DNA from: Pontibacter rufus
GTDB taxonomy: Bacteria > Bacteroidota > Bacteroidia > Cytophagales > Hymenobacteraceae
Direction of reading: 5' to 3'
Length of the DNA stretch: 32,000 nt
Assembly (NCBI RefSeq): GCF_015694705.1
Contig: NZ_JADQDR010000005.1
Location: 327,447-359,446 of the forward strand
Below the pieces are notes generated by a model. The model was not told the origin of the DNA, searched no databases, and saw only the letters and a program-made list of their open reading frames with translations. Of the stretch, positions 1 through 7,861 are shown piece by piece (position 1 is the first letter of the stretch; every line of letters starts with the position of its first letter). Position numbers and translations under genes: made by a program.

Positions 1-817
1 TGCCAAGCCGTATGCCTTTGTCGGTATGCTGCACCGTGCAGCACTCGTTTACGGCATCATGCTCCAGAAAAAGGACATACTGCGCATCGGCGGCTTTGGG
101 CAGAAAGGCAGCTTTCTCTTCCAGTGTTAACAACGGCCTGGTATCATAACCCATTACGTAAGGCAGCGGGATATGCCCCACTGAAGGCAGCAAATCAGCC
201 ATAAAAGCAACCGTTTTCCCTTTATAAGGTATCAGGGGCACCATCATTTTATCGGTATGCCCACTGGCATAAAAGATATCGAACTGCGAAAAGGGAGAAG
301 GCGCTCCCGGATCGACGAACTGCAGGTGGCCGCTCTCCTGCACCGGCAGGATATTCTCTTTCAGGAAAGAAGCTTTCTCACGGGCATTTGGTTTGGTGGC
401 CCATTCCCAATGTTCGGCATTCGACCAGTACGTAGCATTCGGAAAAACCAGCTCCAGGGCACCTTCCTGATTTTTATACTTTACACCGCCGCCACAATGG
501 TCAAAGTGCAGGTGTGTCAGGAAAACATCGGTAACATCCTCCGGCGCAAAGCCCGCTTTATGCAAGGATTTCTGAAGAGTGGCATCGCCGTGCAGGAAAT
601 AATGGCTGAAGAATTTTGCATCCTGCTTGTCGCCAATGCCATTATCAATTAAAATCAGCCTGTTGCCGTCTTCAATCAGCAGGCAACGCATGGCCCAGGT
701 GCACAGGTTGTTTTCATCGGCCGGATTGGTACGCTGCCAAAGCGATTTGGGCACCACGCCAAACATGGCGCCGCCATCCAGCTTAAAAAAGCCTGTATCA
801 ATCACATGAAGTTTCAT
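1..817 (-). CDS. MBL-fold metallo-hydrolase (C-terminus runs off the left window edge)
   Basis: Absent from the ORF track because it is open at the window edge. My reverse-strand translation from the ATG at 817-815 reads MKLHVIDTGFFKLDGGAMFGVVPKSLWQRT...FLTHLHFDHCGGGVKYK...ASGHTDKMMVPLIPYKG... with no stop down to base 2. THLHFDHCGG is the HxHxDH zinc motif of the metallo-beta-lactamase fold. Confidence 0.8.
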   Translation of the reverse strand, partial: MKLHVIDTGFFKLDGGAMFGVVPKSLWQRTNPADENNLCTWAMRCLLIEDGNRLILIDNGIGDKQDAKFFSHYFLHGDATLQKSLHKAGFAPEDVTDVFLTHLHFDHCGGGVKYKNQEGALELVFPNATYWSNAEHWEWATKPNAREKASFLKENILPVQESGHLQFVDPGAPSPFSQFDIFYASGHTDKMMVPLIPYKGKTVAFMADLLPSVGHIPLPYVMGYDTRPLLTLEEKAAFLPKAADAQYVLFLEHDAVNECCTVQHTDKGIRLG

Positions 818-903
818 GGTGCGCTGTGCTTTATAAACTATTATGCGGGCTGCAGTTCTTAATTTTAAACGCTGCCTTTCTAACTCTCTAATTCTTTAAC
901 TTT

Positions 904-1854
904 CTAACTTTCCAGCACCACGCCCATATTCGAGAACTTATCGATGCGCTGCATGATGCGCTCCCGGGCATCTACTGATTCCAGCTCGTCCAGCAGTTTT
1001 ATGATTTTCTTTTTGAGAGAATGCATCATTTTTTCCGGCTCTGTATGCGCGCCTCCCAGTGGCTCTTTGATGATGCCGTCTATAAGCTGCTGCTGCAACA
1101 TGTCTCTGGCTGTGAGTTTCAGGGCTTCGGCAGCCTGTTCTTTATAGTTCCAGCTGCGCCATAGTATGGAAGAGCAGGACTCCGGTGAAATAACAGAGTA
1201 CCAGGTATTTTCCAGCATCATCACCCTGTCGCCGATGGCAATGCCCAGGGCACCGCCGGAAGCGCCTTCGCCAATAATAATGCAGATTACGGGCACTTTG
1301 AGCATAAACATTTCTTTCAGGTTACGGGCAATGGCCTCCCCCTGCCCGCGCTCTTCCGCCTCCAGCCCCGGAAAAGCACCTGGCGTGTCAATCAGCGTAA
1401 CAATGGGTTTGTTAAACTTTTCGGCCATTTTCATCAGGCGCAGCGCTTTGCGGTATCCTTCGGGGTTGGCCATGCCAAAATTGCGCATCTGCCGCTGCTT
1501 GGTATTGCGCCCCTTCTGCTGGCCAATAAACATAATGCTGCGGCCATCTACTTCGCCAAAGCCGCCAACCATGGCATTGTCGTCGCCCACAGTGCGGTCG
1601 CCATGCAGCTCTATAAATTTATCAGTGATGCCGTGGATGTAATCTAAAGTATAAGGCCGCTCCGGGTGGCGCGACAGCTGCACGCGCTGCCAACGGGTCA
1701 GGTTCGCGTACGTTTCCTTTTTCAGGTTCTTAATCTTCTCTTCCAGGGCCTTTACGGCCTCAGACACATCTACCTGGCTATCGGTAGCCAGTTGTTTCAT
1801 ATCCTGCAGTTTGCCCTCCAGGGCAGCAATGGGCTGTTCGAAATCTAAAAGCAT
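904..1854 (-). CDS. accA: acetyl-CoA carboxylase carboxyltransferase subunit alpha
   Basis: 316-aa ORF with an ATG at 1854. The translation has the typical AccA layout (LDFEQPI...[12 protein letters not shown]...[26 protein letters not shown]...EPLGGAH). Confidence 0.95.
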   Translation of the reverse strand: MLLDFEQPIAALEGKLQDMKQLATDSQVDVSEAVKALEEKIKNLKKETYANLTRWQRVQLSRHPERPYTLDYIHGITDKFIELHGDRTVGDDNAMVGGFGEVDGRSIMFIGQQKGRNTKQRQMRNFGMANPEGYRKALRLMKMAEKFNKPIVTLIDTPGAFPGLEAEERGQGEAIARNLKEMFMLKVPVICIIIGEGASGGALGIAIGDRVMMLENTWYSVISPESCSSILWRSWNYKEQAAEALKLTARDMLQQQLIDGIIKEPLGGAHTEPEKMMHSLKKKIIKLLDELESVDARERIMQRIDKFSNMGVVLES

Positions 1855-1877
1855 ATGTCTCTCGCTAGTTTCAGCTA

Positions 1878-1885
1878 CAAATTTA
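1878..1885 (-). promoter_or_regulatory. candidate Bacteroidetes-type -7 promoter box (TAAATTTG) for accA
   Basis: The minus strand reads TAAATTTG, matching the TAnnTTTG consensus, 23 nt upstream of the accA ATG. I see no convincing -33 TTTG. Confidence 0.35.
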
Positions 1886-2008
1886 ACAGTTTCCTGAAAT
1901 GCAGGCCGATAAGATTTAAATTTATCACTCCCTCAAAAATATATTTCGTGTGTATGAAGCATTTATGGTTAATGAGATAAAATATAGTCTCAAAAAGATG
2001 CTTGGGGC

Positions 2009-2039
2009 TTGCAGAATTAAAATCAAGCACATACCTTTG
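2009..2039 (+). promoter_or_regulatory. candidate promoter of the tRNA-Asp pair (-33 cTTG / -7 TACCTTTG)
   Basis: TTG at 2009-2011, a 20-nt spacer, then TACCTTTG at 2032-2039 (TAnnTTTG consensus), 37 nt upstream of the first tRNA. Confidence 0.45.
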
Positions 2040-2076
2040 CATCACTTTAACAGGCAGTGTTGAAGAAATTAAAGAT

Positions 2077-2150
2077 GGTCTGGTAGTTCAGTTGGTTAGA
2101 ATGCCGCCCTGTCACGGCGGAGGTCGCGAGTTCGAGTCTCGTCCAGACCG
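2077..2150 (+). tRNA. tRNA-Asp (anticodon GUC)
   Basis: Hand-folded 74-nt cloverleaf. Acceptor GGTCTGG/CCAGACC, D arm GTTC-AGTTGGTTA-GAAT, anticodon stem CCGCC/GGCGG with loop CTGTCAC (GTC), variable AGGTC, T arm GCGAG-TTCGAGT-CTCGT, discriminator G. No encoded CCA. Confidence 0.95.
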
Positions 2151-2207
2151 CAGTTAAATTCTGCGGATACGCAGGCAAAGCAAAAGGCTTTGCACCAGTA
2201 AAATATT

Positions 2208-2281
2208 GGTCCGGTAGTTCAGTTGGTTAGAATGCCGCCCTGTCACGGCGGAGGTCGCGGGTTCGAGTCCCGTCCGGACCG
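2208..2281 (+). tRNA. tRNA-Asp (anticodon GUC), second tandem copy
   Basis: Same 74-nt cloverleaf and anticodon loop CTGTCAC. It differs from copy 1 only by paired compensatory changes in the acceptor stem (GGTCCGG/CCGGACC) and T stem (GCGGG/CCCGT). Confidence 0.95.
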
Positions 2282-2288
2282 CAAAAAA

Positions 2289-2319
2289 GCCCCTTAGTGT
2301 AATACTAAGGGGCTTTTTT
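2289..2319 (+). terminator. rho-independent terminator after the tRNA pair
   Basis: Stem GCCCCTTA (2289-2296) pairs with TAAGGGGC (2306-2313) around a 9-nt loop, followed by TTTTTT (2314-2319). Confidence 0.8.
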
Positions 2320-2438
2320 ATTTTCTATTATAAGCGTGCGAACCTGTACAAAGGGAAGCTTCCCTCCGCCTGAAGCATTTCCCGGCATTATCTTTCAAAT
2401 TCTTCCTCCTGCTCCTGCTGAGATTCCTTAATCGAAGT

Positions 2439-2469
2439 TTTGACATTAAAACTTTAAGACCTATATTTC
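2439..2469 (+). promoter_or_regulatory. candidate promoter of the NIPSNAP gene (-33 TTTG / -7 TATATTTC)
   Basis: TTTG at 2439-2442, a 19-nt spacer, then TATATTTC at 2462-2469 (one mismatch to TAnnTTTG), 48 nt upstream of the ATG at 2517. Confidence 0.4.
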
Positions 2470-2516
2470 ATGCTAGATTCGATACTATCACTCTAACTTT
2501 ATAAACCTATACAAGC

Positions 2517-3320
2517 ATGATGCCTAAACACAAGCGTCCTTTTTTAATTAGTGCCTTTTGCCTGGCACTGATAAGTTTATTGTCTGTTTCACGGGCATTC
2601 AGTATGGCTCCCACACCCGAGTTGTATGAACTTAAAATTTACCATATCAACAATGCGGAGCAGGAAGCACGCATAGATAAGTTTCTGCAAAACGCCTATA
2701 TTCCTGCCCTCCATCGCGCAGGCATAAAACATGTGGGCGTATTTAAGCCTATAGAGAGTGATACTTTAGCCGGAAAAAGAATCTACGTCTATGTACCTTT
2801 TAGCTCATCCGCACAATTTTTCGCGCTGCCGCAGGTCCTGCAGAAAGACAAAAAATATGCCGCTGCCGGCAGTGACTATTTAGATGCCTCTTATGACAAC
2901 CCGCCCTATTCCAGGTACGAAACAGTCCTGCTGGAAGCTTTCCCGGACATGCCGCACCACCAGATCCCTGACCTGAAAACGCCTCCCAGCGAAAGAATAT
3001 ACGAACTGCGCAGCTACGAAGGCCCAACAGAAAAACTCTACCAGAATAAAGTGCAGATGTTTAACCAGGGCGGCGAAGTAGGCCTGTTCAAGCGTCTTGG
3101 ATTTAACGCTGTCTTTTATTCAAAGGTATTGGCCGGCAACCACATGCCTAACCTGATGTATATGACAACTTTTGCAGACATGGCCTCTCATGATGCACAC
3201 TGGAAAGCGTTTGTCGATGATCCGGAATGGAAAAAGCTCAGCGCCATGAAAGAATACCAGCACAATGTTTCTCACTCAGATATCTTGCTCCTTCACCCGA
3301 CCAGCTATTCTGACATATAG
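2517..3320 (+). CDS. secreted NIPSNAP-family protein (two NIPSNAP-like halves)
   Basis: 267-aa ORF with a signal-like N-terminus (FLISAFCLALISLLSVSRAFS). It has two repeats of the NIPSNAP pattern (YELKIYH...; YELRSYEGPTEKLYQNKVQMFNQGGEVGLFKRLGF...MYMTTFADMASHDAHWKAF). Confidence 0.8.
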   Translation: MMPKHKRPFLISAFCLALISLLSVSRAFSMAPTPELYELKIYHINNAEQEARIDKFLQNAYIPALHRAGIKHVGVFKPIESDTLAGKRIYVYVPFSSSAQFFALPQVLQKDKKYAAAGSDYLDASYDNPPYSRYETVLLEAFPDMPHHQIPDLKTPPSERIYELRSYEGPTEKLYQNKVQMFNQGGEVGLFKRLGFNAVFYSKVLAGNHMPNLMYMTTFADMASHDAHWKAFVDDPEWKKLSAMKEYQHNVSHSDILLLHPTSYSDI

Positions 3321-3346
3321 CAGAACCATTACTGAAAAAAAGAAAG

Positions 3347-3381
3347 ATGCCTGATTCACTTAAACGGATCAGGCATTTTTT
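3347..3381 (+). terminator. rho-independent terminator after the NIPSNAP gene
   Basis: ATGCCTGAT (3347-3355) pairs with ATCAGGCAT (3368-3376), followed by a T-run to 3381. Confidence 0.75.
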
Positions 3382-3540
3382 ATACCTGCGTTTCCTCCCG
3401 GAGCACTCGAATCAGCAGGTCTATGTCTACAACATAGTATAAGTTAAAGTACTTCATACCTGGATGAAATGCCTCACAACATGCATGCTGTTATTTGTTG
3501 TTCGCGTAGTATGGAGCGTCATCTTCAATTTTATAGTTCA

Positions 3541-3570
3541 AACAAAAAGCCTGAAGATTGCTCTTCAGGC
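3541..3570 (-). terminator. rho-independent terminator closing the polysaccharide locus
   Basis: GCCTGAAGA (3549-3557) pairs with TCTTCAGGC (3562-3570) around a 4-nt loop. On the minus strand the hairpin is followed by TTTTTGTT (complement of 3541-3548). It lies 50 nt downstream of the dehydrogenase stop. Confidence 0.7.
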
Positions 3571-3619
3571 TTCCGGAGTTAAAGCTTTATACTTTATTTA
3601 TTCCTATACTATAATCAGG

Positions 3620-4936
3620 TTACAACCTGGCATCTACCAGGCTTCTGTCCAGGCAGGCTTTGGTGTCGAAAATAACGGCGTTGTTGCGCTTATACTTCTG
3701 ATAATCGAAGCTCAGGAACTCGTTGTGCGCTACCGCTACTACAATAGCATCATACACCACGTTTTCGTCCAGCTTGTTCAGAATATGCATGTTGTATTCA
3801 TGCGCTACTTCCGCAGCATCTGCCCAGGGATCATAAATATCTACCTGCAGGCCAAACTGCTCCAGCTCATGGTAAATATCTACTACACGGGTATTGCGCA
3901 CATCGGGGCAGTTCTCTTTAAACGTAAAGCCCATAATCAGTGCCTTGGAGCCTTTTATTTTATGGTCCTTGTTTATCATCAGCTTTACCACCTTGTCGGC
4001 CACAAACTGGCCCATGTTGTCGTTTACCCGGCGGCCCGATAAAATAACTTCCGGATGGTAGCCCAGTGATTCGGCTTTATGCGCCAGGTAATAAGGATCC
4101 ACACCAATGCAGTGGCCGCCTACCAGACCCGGCTTATACTTCAGGAAGTTCCATTTGGTGCCTGCCGCCTCAATTACATCGTTGGTGTCAATGCCGATTT
4201 TATCAAAAATAAGAGCCAGTTCGTTTACGAACGAGATGTTCACGTCGCGCTGGGCATTTTCGATAGCTTTGGAAGCCTCGGCCACTTTAATGCTCGGGGC
4301 TTTGTGCGTGCCGGCATCAATGATAGAACGGTATAGATCGTCCACCCTGGAGGCAATCTCAGCAGTTGAGCCGCTAGTTACTTTCTTAATTTTTGTCAGC
4401 GTGTTGATTTTATCGCCTGGGTTGATGCGTTCAGGCGAGTAACCCGCAAAAAAGTCTTTGTTGAATTTCAATCCTGATACTTTTTCAAGTACAGGCACAC
4501 AATCCTCCTCAGTGCAACCTGGGTAAACGGTAGACTCGTAAATCACCACATCACCGGTTTTCAGCACCGAGCCCAGCATTTGGGAAGCCTTGATTAAAGG
4601 TGTCAGGTCAGGCGCTTTGAACTGATCGATAGGTGTTGGCACCGTCACGATAAAAGTGTTGTAGTTCCGCAGGTCTTCTTTGTCAGAAGAAAAGTGAAGG
4701 CCTTTTTTCTTCTTATCTTTTTTGAGGCCGATCACGTGCGTCAGATCAGCAATGTTGGCTTCCTGCGTGCGGTCTTTGCCTTCGCTCAGTTCCTGCACAC
4801 GATCCACATTGATGTCAAAACCCAGGACATCATACTTTTTACCAAACTCGATGGCCAGCGGGAGCCCCACATAGCCCAGCCCAATAATGGCAATTCTGGC
4901 ATTATCCACGATGCCGTTGTTTCCGTTGTTATTCAT
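3620..4936 (-). CDS. nucleotide-sugar 6-dehydrogenase, UDP-N-acetylhexosamine dehydrogenase class (TviB/WbpO-like)
   Basis: Rossmann N-terminus ARIAIIGLGYVGLPLAIEF and the catalytic-Cys region LVGGHCIGVDPYY typical of this class. The track ORF begins at a TTG (4954). The first ATG (4936, MNNNGNNGIV...) is the more likely start. Confidence 0.85.
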   Translation of the reverse strand: MNNNGNNGIVDNARIAIIGLGYVGLPLAIEFGKKYDVLGFDINVDRVQELSEGKDRTQEANIADLTHVIGLKKDKKKKGLHFSSDKEDLRNYNTFIVTVPTPIDQFKAPDLTPLIKASQMLGSVLKTGDVVIYESTVYPGCTEEDCVPVLEKVSGLKFNKDFFAGYSPERINPGDKINTLTKIKKVTSGSTAEIASRVDDLYRSIIDAGTHKAPSIKVAEASKAIENAQRDVNISFVNELALIFDKIGIDTNDVIEAAGTKWNFLKYKPGLVGGHCIGVDPYYLAHKAESLGYHPEVILSGRRVNDNMGQFVADKVVKLMINKDHKIKGSKALIMGFTFKENCPDVRNTRVVDIYHELEQFGLQVDIYDPWADAAEVAHEYNMHILNKLDENVVYDAIVVAVAHNEFLSFDYQKYKRNNAVIFDTKACLDRSLVDARL

Positions 4937-5022
4937 TGTTTTGGTTGATGACAAAATACGTTTTCAGACCAAAGGCTGGCAAATACGGCTGTTTTGTCTT
5001 CTGGTTAAATTAATTTTAAATT

Positions 5023-5766
5023 TTATAAAAACTGCACCAGCTTCCGCAGGGGCTTCAGGTATCTTGTATAAAATCCCGGTTTCAGGCCATTTACCTGCCA
5101 GGCTGCATAATCTTCCCGGTTCGCCCGGATCCGGTTCCGGAGTGTTACATTGCTCTTGCCGCCTACACGCATTTTTACCAGCGTTTCCGGGATGTAAGCG
5201 GTGCTGACACCATGCTTGTAAAGAAAGCGGAGCATCAGCTCATAATCTGCTGCACTCCTGAAATGTGTGTTGTACAGCCCGTAGCGATCATAGCAGGATT
5301 TCTTCACATAAAATGTAGGATGTGGCGGCATCCAGCCATACATAAAGTTTTCGCGCTTATAGCTGCCCGACACCCATTTTCTGACCACTTTCCCGGTATC
5401 CTCTTTCTCCACATACAACAAGTTTCCGTAAACGCTGTCTGTCTGATAGGCTTCAAAAGCGGCCGCGACACATGCTACGGCATTTTCATTATAAAAGATG
5501 TCATCAGAATGCAATAATCCGATTATATCGCCTGTTGCCAGCTGTATGCCCTTGTTGATGGCATCATACAGCCCCTGATCTTTTTCGGAAATAAATTTCG
5601 TAATCCGGTCGCCATATTTTTTCACCACCTCCACGGTTCCGTCTGTCGACAGCCCATCCACCACTATATACTCTATGTCCGGATACGTCTGGCTTAATAC
5701 CGATTCAATGGCATCCGCAATCGTTTCGCGGTTATTGTAAACAATGGTAATAATGGATATTTTCAC
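5023..5766 (-). CDS. family 2 glycosyltransferase (GT-A)
   Basis: 247-aa ORF, KISIITIVYNNRETIADAIESVLSQTYPDIEYIVVDGLSTDGT...LHSDD (DxD-type motif). The start codon is GTG (complement of cac at 5764-5766). Confidence 0.85.
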   Translation of the reverse strand: MKISIITIVYNNRETIADAIESVLSQTYPDIEYIVVDGLSTDGTVEVVKKYGDRITKFISEKDQGLYDAINKGIQLATGDIIGLLHSDDIFYNENAVACVAAAFEAYQTDSVYGNLLYVEKEDTGKVVRKWVSGSYKRENFMYGWMPPHPTFYVKKSCYDRYGLYNTHFRSAADYELMLRFLYKHGVSTAYIPETLVKMRVGGKSNVTLRNRIRANREDYAAWQVNGLKPGFYTRYLKPLRKLVQFL

Positions 5767-5809
5767 TTACTTAATGAATGTGCTGAATGACCTAAGGTAT
5801 TGGCAACGG

Positions 5810-5817
5810 CAAATTTA
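5810..5817 (-). promoter_or_regulatory. candidate internal -7 promoter box (TAAATTTG)
   Basis: The minus strand reads TAAATTTG 44 nt upstream of the GT2 start, inside an unusually long (286-bp) and partly very AT-rich intergenic gap. No clear -33 element. Confidence 0.3.
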
Positions 5818-6052
5818 CGGTTTCTGATCGTGATTTCGCGTGATATTCTAAAATCTTTATTAAACTATATTATAATTTTATTTGATCTGTAAAAAGAAAG
5901 CCAAAGTTCCATCTCCCGCGCGCATACCAGCCCACTTTCTGACACAAGTATAGCGTATCCCGCATAATTTGTATATTAACGCAAGACTGGAAACTCATCC
6001 AAACAAAAGGCAGCCATACGCCGCTACAGCTAAAATCCGATACTCATAACTC

Positions 6053-6625
6053 TTAACTTATAACCCGCTTCCGTTTTGCCGTGGCCGGGTTGCCCTGGTA
6101 AACAGTATAAGGCGCCAGATCACTTGTTGCCACAGAGCCGGCAGCCAGTACGCTATGGGTGCCGCAACTGACGCCCGGACAAACAATGGCTTTTGCTCCT
6201 ATCCAGGCGCCTTCCGCAATCCTGATTTCTCCTACCACCAGATCAAAACTCGTCTTTTTATAATCATGGCTGCCAGTCAGCAGCATCGCGCCCTGCGATA
6301 GCGTTACATGCGCTCCTATACTTACCAAAACCAGGTTATCTATCCAGACGTTCTCTCCTATCCAGCAATGGCTGCCCAGTTGCAGCAGCCAGGGGTACTT
6401 GATGTTGACACCAGGCTTGACGATCACGCCTGCTCCTACCTGCGCCCCGAATAACTTCAGTAGCCATACTTTAAAAGTACTGAAAGGGTTTAGCGGATTC
6501 AGAAAAAAAAGTACATTGATGAAATACCAGAGCATCCGCCTGATAGCGCTGCCACCAGGCTGATACCAGCTATTGTTATAACTGTTCAGATTTACTTTGT
6601 TTTGATCTTCTGAATTTAAAGACAT
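6053..6625 (-). CDS. WcaF-like hexapeptide-repeat O-acetyltransferase
   Basis: 190-aa ORF. The hydrophobic N-terminal segment (MLWYFINVLFFLNPLNPF) is followed by left-handed beta-helix repeats (IGENVWIDN...IGAHVTLSQGA...IAEGAWIGAKAIVCPGV), as in colanic-acid WcaF-type enzymes. Confidence 0.85.
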   Translation of the reverse strand: MSLNSEDQNKVNLNSYNNSWYQPGGSAIRRMLWYFINVLFFLNPLNPFSTFKVWLLKLFGAQVGAGVIVKPGVNIKYPWLLQLGSHCWIGENVWIDNLVLVSIGAHVTLSQGAMLLTGSHDYKKTSFDLVVGEIRIAEGAWIGAKAIVCPGVSCGTHSVLAAGSVATSDLAPYTVYQGNPATAKRKRVIS

Positions 6626-6649
6626 TTAATATGTTTTTCTTCTTCCAAA

Positions 6650-6680
6650 GACCCGGCAGGTTTTAAAAACCTACCCGGTC
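6650..6680. repeat. intercistronic palindromic element, copy 1 (GACCCGGCAGGTTTTAAAAACCTACCCGGTC)
   Basis: Imperfect palindrome (two mismatches in about 13 bp) lying exactly between the GT4 stop (6698) and the acetyltransferase start (6625). It is near-identical to the reverse complement of the element at 9756-9788. Confidence 0.6.
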
Positions 6681-6697
6681 TGCAGTCAGTATGCGGC

Positions 6698-7861
6698 TTA
6701 TACTTTAAAAAGCTGCCTGTTCTGCTGTATAATCTCCGCCGTTATCACCTTTTCTCTTAAGTATAGCTGCGTCTGCCGGCACATGTGCTGGTATTCCTCA
6801 TCCCCCATTTGCACGCAGTGCGCCAGCACTTCCCTGAATTTTGCTCCGTCCTGCAGCGGAATGTCCCAGCCTGCCTGCGCCGCCTCCAGTCCGCGCCAGG
6901 GCGTCTTGTCGCTCAGAATTACGGGCAAGCCGGCGGTAAGGCTCTCTAAAATAATGTGGCCAAAGTTTTCGCCCCTCGTTGGCAGGAACAAGGCATGGTA
7001 CTGCAGCAACGTTTCCGGCACCGTACTACTGTGTACGCTTCCCTTGTAGCTAACCCGGATATTGTCCGGCAGCAACTTTATCCGCTCCAGGCATTCTTTC
7101 CAGTAAGCGGCATCGTTAACCGGGCCATAGATGTCGAAATCAATTTCTCCCCCATCTGCCAAATCCTTTAAAATCTCCAGCGCATACCGGGTATTTTTTT
7201 CCGGTGATATGCGGGCAATGCTGACTAGTTTCAGTTTACCGGTTTCTTTTGGTATGGCTGCAGCTGCTTCGTGCCCGTTCAAAACTTTGGGCAAATTAGC
7301 TGCCACTGCAATTTTAACCTGCTTTCCCAGCACATCCTCGATATGCGCCTGCTCCACCACATTGGTAGCATGGAAAGTTGTATTGGCGTAAAGCTTTAGG
7401 CGCTTTGCCACATAAAAGAAAGCCCGCTTTTTCCCGGGCTTTACCCCTACGGCACCAGGGGCAAACATGCCCCTGGCTGCCACCACCACAGGCACGTGCA
7501 GGTGCCTCCTGGCAATTAATAAAGGGAATAAAGAGAAGTACTTTGAGAAAATACCGTTTATATAAAGGGCATCAACAGGCAGCTTTCCCATCACTGCCTT
7601 CAGTGAAGTATAGCTCAACTTATCAGCTGAAAAATAATAAACCTGCACGCCTGCTTCCAGCAGATACCACGTGTTGGCAGGAATACCCGGATAAGGTTCT
7701 TCGGAAGTATAATCCGTGTTGCGCGTTACCACATAAAAGTCGAACTCGTCTTTCAGGTGCGCTATCAGGTTGGCGCAGGACTGAATTGGCCCTCCCGCTT
7801 TGTAGCCCGGCAAAAACCAGTCAATGGTAATCAGGATACGTTTTTTATACTTCGATTCCAT
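6698..7861 (-). CDS. family 4 (GT-B) glycosyltransferase
   Basis: I chose the start at ATG 7861 (MESKYKKRILITIDWFLPGYKAGGPIQS...). The C-terminal GT-B motif is PTRGENFGHIILESLTAGLPVILSD. The track's longer ORF (to 8014) would overlap 170 nt of asnB and its extra residues are low-complexity. Confidence 0.85.
   Translation of the reverse strand: MESKYKKRILITIDWFLPGYKAGGPIQSCANLIAHLKDEFDFYVVTRNTDYTSEEPYPGIPANTWYLLEAGVQVYYFSADKLSYTSLKAVMGKLPVDALYINGIFSKYFSLFPLLIARRHLHVPVVVAARGMFAPGAVGVKPGKKRAFFYVAKRLKLYANTTFHATNVVEQAHIEDVLGKQVKIAVAANLPKVLNGHEAAAAIPKETGKLKLVSIARISPEKNTRYALEILKDLADGGEIDFDIYGPVNDAAYWKECLERIKLLPDNIRVSYKGSVHSSTVPETLLQYHALFLPTRGENFGHIILESLTAGLPVILSDKTPWRGLEAAQAGWDIPLQDGAKFREVLAHCVQMGDEEYQHMCRQTQLYLREKVITAEIIQQNRQLFKV

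Noticed and set aside
257-809. Plus-strand track ORFs 257-652 (131 aa) and 627-809 (60 aa)
   Set aside because: They lie antisense to a much better minus-strand reading frame, the MBL-fold hydrolase, which is open from base 2 to 817 and carries the HxHxDH motif. Their translations are low-complexity with no recognisable motifs.
2077-3620. tRNA-Asp pair as an integration site of a genomic island carrying the polysaccharide locus
   Set aside because: I found no integrase, no tRNA 3'-end direct repeat and no mobile-element genes anywhere in the window. The DNA adjacent to the tRNAs (up to about 11 kb) has flank-like GC, and the low-GC blocks start far from the tRNAs.
3464-4042. 192-aa plus-strand ORF
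   Set aside because: It begins in the intergenic region, crosses the minus-strand terminator hairpin, and then runs antisense to the dehydrogenase gene. It has no motifs.
4937-4954. TTG/GTG-extended starts in the ORF track (4954, 16509, 21328, 22995)
   Set aside because: These four track ORFs begin at TTG. At 21328 the TTG directly follows an in-frame TAG stop. ATG codons 6-17 codons downstream (4936, 16458, 21307, 22974) give N-termini that look more like the respective families. GTG starts at 5766 and 29274 were kept because no nearby in-frame ATG preserves the conserved N-terminus.
5999-6027. Possible weak terminator after the WcaF-like gene (GUAGC...GCUGC stem followed by CUUUUGUUUGG on the minus strand)
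   Set aside because: The stem is only 5 bp and includes a G-U pair. It is too weak to call without energy calculation or 3'-end data, so it is mentioned only as context for the 286-bp gap.
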